From positions 1-31,037 of IMG/VR virus record IMGVR_UViG_3300020042_008065: 31,037 nucleotides of DNA. The stretch is one strand, 5' to 3'. A program made the position numbers and the translations under genes. This DNA comes from a virus (Duplodnaviria; Caudoviricetes). Under the pieces are notes generated by a model. The model was not told where the DNA came from, searched no databases, and was given only the letters and a program-made list of their open reading frames with translations. Position 1 is the first letter of the stretch, and each line of letters starts with the position of its first letter. Positions 28,556-31,037 of this stretch are shown here, piece by piece.

Positions 28556-28561
28556 TATTTA
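28556..28561 (-). promoter_or_regulatory. TAAATA putative late promoter of the ncRNA
   Basis: Same N4 spacing to the first paired base as to the ATG of the leaderless genes. Confidence 0.6.
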
Positions 28562-28858
28562 GTCATCTGAGAACAACACATCAGGAATTTTTTCACCCAA
28601 TAGGCCTCTCACAGCAGTGATCAACAAGGCTTGACTGATCCAGTAGGGTGTGATACCTTGAGTGATGGCCTGCTGGATCAGTTGGGTGCTGCTGGCCTGT
28701 GTCCAGCTCCTGCACACCTCTGGTGAGTTGTTTTGCATCAGACGTTCAGCACCCTTCAACAAGATCTGCATTTCCAGCACAGTGACCGGTGTCCAACCTG
28801 GCCATCCTAGATCACCAAAGTCCCACCATACCGGACGTGAATCATATTGTGTGTGCAT
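28559..28858 (-). CDS. Hypothetical protein, 99 aa, leaderless
   Basis: TAAATA-AGCC-ATG with no SD. Confidence 0.65.
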   Translation of the reverse strand: MHTQYDSRPVWWDFGDLGWPGWTPVTVLEMQILLKGAERLMQNNSPEVCRSWTQASSTQLIQQAITQGITPYWISQALLITAVRGLLGEKIPDVLFSDD

Positions 28859-28862
28859 GGCT

Positions 28863-28894
28863 TATTTACTTGGCACAATTTGGTTTCGTAAATA
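28863..28894. promoter_or_regulatory. Divergent pair of TAAATA-N4-ATG promoters
   Basis: Minus copy at 28863-28868 before ATG 28858; plus copy at 28889-28894 before ATG 28899. Confidence 0.7.
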
Positions 28895-28898
28895 CCTT

Positions 28899-29264
28899 AT
28901 GGATCGCAAAAAATTTCAACAACTGGTGCAACAACGTGCTCACTGTATCTGGACCAAGGAAGCCAACACACGTGGGCGGCATGACCTGTATCTACAGCCC
29001 AGAGATCCGGGAGATGCCTGTGTGGTCACTGAACTCAAACCCAGTGCAGATCCTTGTGGCACATGCCGTCGTATGAGACCAGATCATGTGAGATTTGATA
29101 TCATCTGGAGTCGCACACTGCAGATGTGGATTTGGAAATGTCAAAGTTGCAGCAGAAGAACCAATCCTGAAACTGGCCTGATAGAAGCCAGGTCCAAACA
29201 ACAACAACATCCAAATTGGCGTCCCAGGGATCCTGTGACAGGTCGCCTGCTGAGTCTAAAATAA
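28899..29264 (+). CDS. Zn-finger protein, 121 aa (MDRKKFQQ...), the only plus-strand gene
   Basis: CGTC...WKCQSC and C-terminal RPRDPVTGRLL; start reassigned to ATG 28899. Confidence 0.7.
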   Translation: MDRKKFQQLVQQRAHCIWTKEANTRGRHDLYLQPRDPGDACVVTELKPSADPCGTCRRMRPDHVRFDIIWSRTLQMWIWKCQSCSRRTNPETGLIEARSKQQQHPNWRPRDPVTGRLLSLK

Positions 29265-29507
29265 AGTCTTGACCAGGAGAAAAGCCACAGCACTGATCAA
29301 CAAACTGATTATGGCTGTTTGTGCGCCATCCCATTTTTTGCTTTGTTTTTCAGTGATCTCCTGCAGGCGGTCACGAATGTCACACACCAGGTGTTCAATC
29401 TTTTCCATGCGATCAGACACCAGTTGGATTTTGTCTTCTAGATACTGATATCTTTGTTGACAAATGCGCACATGAGCTGCAAGATTTTCTGATTCAATGT
29501 CAGTCAT
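29256..29507 (-). CDS. Coiled-coil protein with C-terminal TM helix (XhlA/holin-like), 83 aa
   Basis: H...C..RY..LE heptads followed by the hydrophobic AIISLLISAVAFLLV. Confidence 0.65.
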   Translation of the reverse strand: MTDIESENLAAHVRICQQRYQYLEDKIQLVSDRMEKIEHLVCDIRDRLQEITEKQSKKWDGAQTAIISLLISAVAFLLVKTLF

Positions 29508-29511
29508 GGTA

Positions 29512-29895
29512 TTAGCTCAATGTGATGGTGATGTTGCCAGTGCCAAATACCAGGCTGTCACCAACCTGGATGTTTCTGCCAGAAATGGTGTTGAAGTACA
29601 TGATATTGCCTGCTGTGCTGGCATCCGTGATACCAACTGCTGTGACTGTGGGCCAGTTGTTGCCTGTGCAAGGACCAAAAGTCACTACCGCATTGCTGCT
29701 GGCAATGCCATTGGCTGCAGAAGCAAATGTTGTGACTTGTCTTGCATAGCCGTTGCCTGTGAGTTCTGTTCCTGAAGTGTTGGCTGTGGGTGCTGTGCTG
29801 TACAGGCTGGCATACACACTAGCAGGTGATGTGTATGTGATATTGCCTAGTGTTGCATTGACCAGTTTGTTGGCCAGGTTATAACTTGTTGTCAT
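29512..29895 (-). CDS. Small virion/tail fibre-associated protein, 127 aa
   Basis: LY..AP....GTE..G.GYARQ..TF...SN...TF...W.TVT..GI.DA.TAGN is a widespread phage structural motif. Confidence 0.75.
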   Translation of the reverse strand: MTTSYNLANKLVNATLGNITYTSPASVYASLYSTAPTANTSGTELTGNGYARQVTTFASAANGIASSNAVVTFGPCTGNNWPTVTAVGITDASTAGNIMYFNTISGRNIQVGDSLVFGTGNITITLS

Positions 29896-29898
29896 GAA

Positions 29899-30960
29899 TT
29901 ATCCTTGTGTGTTTGGTATTATGGTACTGCTGTAGGTATCGCCAAATTGTGTAGCATTGCCATCAAAGGTAAAGGGCAAGGTGCGATCGTTGGCACTGGC
30001 AAACACATCCTGACCAGAGTTGGCAATATAATAAGGATCTGCACCAGAGCCGGCCACATAATCAGCAAAAGGAATATTGTAACAGGCTGTGCTGTTGCCC
30101 AGGACCTTGGGTGGTCTATTGGTCAATATACCTGTGTTGGGCAACACAGCAGGATCAAATGCACTGCCAAATGTTCCCCACATCATGCCTATTCTATTTT
30201 TCTGTGTGGAACCTGCTGCTGGAGCACTACTGGTAGTTTGAAATCCGTCACTGGCACTGAGATTGGCAGGTAGTTCGGGTGGTGAGCCTGACTGATATGT
30301 CCAGTCTGTCATGCCTGGGAAACTGGCTGAGAATGACAGGTCCAGTGTCTGTAAATTTACGCCAGTCTGAGTGTCATACAAACAACTTCTTGTGTTGTAT
30401 TGACCAACTGATCCGCCTGTGTAGTTGCTGAAACTGGCAGGTGTGTTGCTGCTGCTGTAGATCAGGGTCATCCATCTTTGATTGTACAATTCCCAGCTGC
30501 CCGGCAAAGCAGTAAAGTTTCTGAATATGCCACTGGCTTGTGATTCCATTCTACTGGTCAGGTAAAGATTGCCGCTGCTGATCTGAGCAAAGCAATTGAT
30601 ACCATTGAAATCTGTGCTGGGATAACTGGCTCCTTGCACAAATTTCACCTGATGGAAAAATCCATAAACTCTGTTGCCACCAGAATTGACCTGACTCACA
30701 TCCCAGTCTAGATAGAATGTGGTGGCAATTGTCCAGCCCTTGTTGTCATTGTACACCGGCAACAGAGCAAGATCAACCAGGCCTGTGGATTCCAGTTCAA
30801 AATTGGGAGTACCATCATCTATGCTGCTGAGAATACTAAAGGCCGGCGACTGTGTGAGTTTGTAATTCAGAGTGCTGACTGAATTCATGGTCACTACAGC
30901 AGTGGGTGAGCCTGAACCCCACCATCCGGCATATTGACTGGCACGACCTAGACCTAGCAT
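29899..30960 (-). CDS. Virion protein, beta-rich, 353 aa
   Basis: S/T/N/G-rich ORF among tail genes; TAATG coupling to the upstream gene. Confidence 0.7.
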   Translation of the reverse strand: MLGLGRASQYAGWWGSGSPTAVVTMNSVSTLNYKLTQSPAFSILSSIDDGTPNFELESTGLVDLALLPVYNDNKGWTIATTFYLDWDVSQVNSGGNRVYGFFHQVKFVQGASYPSTDFNGINCFAQISSGNLYLTSRMESQASGIFRNFTALPGSWELYNQRWMTLIYSSSNTPASFSNYTGGSVGQYNTRSCLYDTQTGVNLQTLDLSFSASFPGMTDWTYQSGSPPELPANLSASDGFQTTSSAPAAGSTQKNRIGMMWGTFGSAFDPAVLPNTGILTNRPPKVLGNSTACYNIPFADYVAGSGADPYYIANSGQDVFASANDRTLPFTFDGNATQFGDTYSSTIIPNTQG

Positions 30961-31037
30961 TACACAAACTCTGGTGAAACAGTAATCAGATACTGTGTGG
31001 CAGCAGTCACACTGTCATAGATGGCAGTGACACTGAG
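30960..31037 (-). CDS. C-terminal fragment of an upstream gene (LSVTAIYDSVTAATQYLITVSPEFV*), probably a fibre
   Basis: Open frame of 26 codons from the window edge to a TAA overlapping the next ATG. Confidence 0.65.
   Translation of the reverse strand, partial: LSVTAIYDSVTAATQYLITVSPEFV

Noticed and set aside
28662-28898. N-terminal extension of the 200-aa plus-strand ORF
   Set aside because: It overlaps the minus-strand 99-aa gene; TAAATA-N4-ATG supports a start at 28899.

Overview
The window is almost a whole small tailed-phage (siphovirus-like) genome, and all convincing genes but one lie on the minus strand. Read in the direction of transcription from 31037 down, it holds: end-of-tail virion genes and a holin-like gene; a divergent gene pair; a structured ncRNA candidate; a 362-aa minimal family-A-polymerase-like protein; a glycosyltransferase and a methyltransferase; three sigma70 early promoters driving a cassette-like array of small genes; TerS, TerL, portal, scaffold and major capsid; neck, tail tube, frameshifting tail chaperone and tape measure; tail-tip genes; and a collagen-repeat fibre that runs off position 1. 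I recognise no integrase, repressor, helicase, sigma factor or endolysin. The most unusual items are: (i) a module at 27.2-28.6 kb made of the PolA-fold protein, a 32-bp exact repeat (inside the gene and at its stop, with an inverted partial copy over its own -10 box) and an independently transcribed ~140-nt multibranch RNA; (ii) a TAAATA-N4/5-start promoter class resembling T4 late promoters, driving leaderless genes, with no visible gp55-like factor; (iii) a HiPIP-like four-cysteine domain fused to the portal C-terminus; (iv) a gpJ-like tail-tip gene apparently split by two inserted genes. All family assignments come from reading motifs and synteny by eye; no searches were run.
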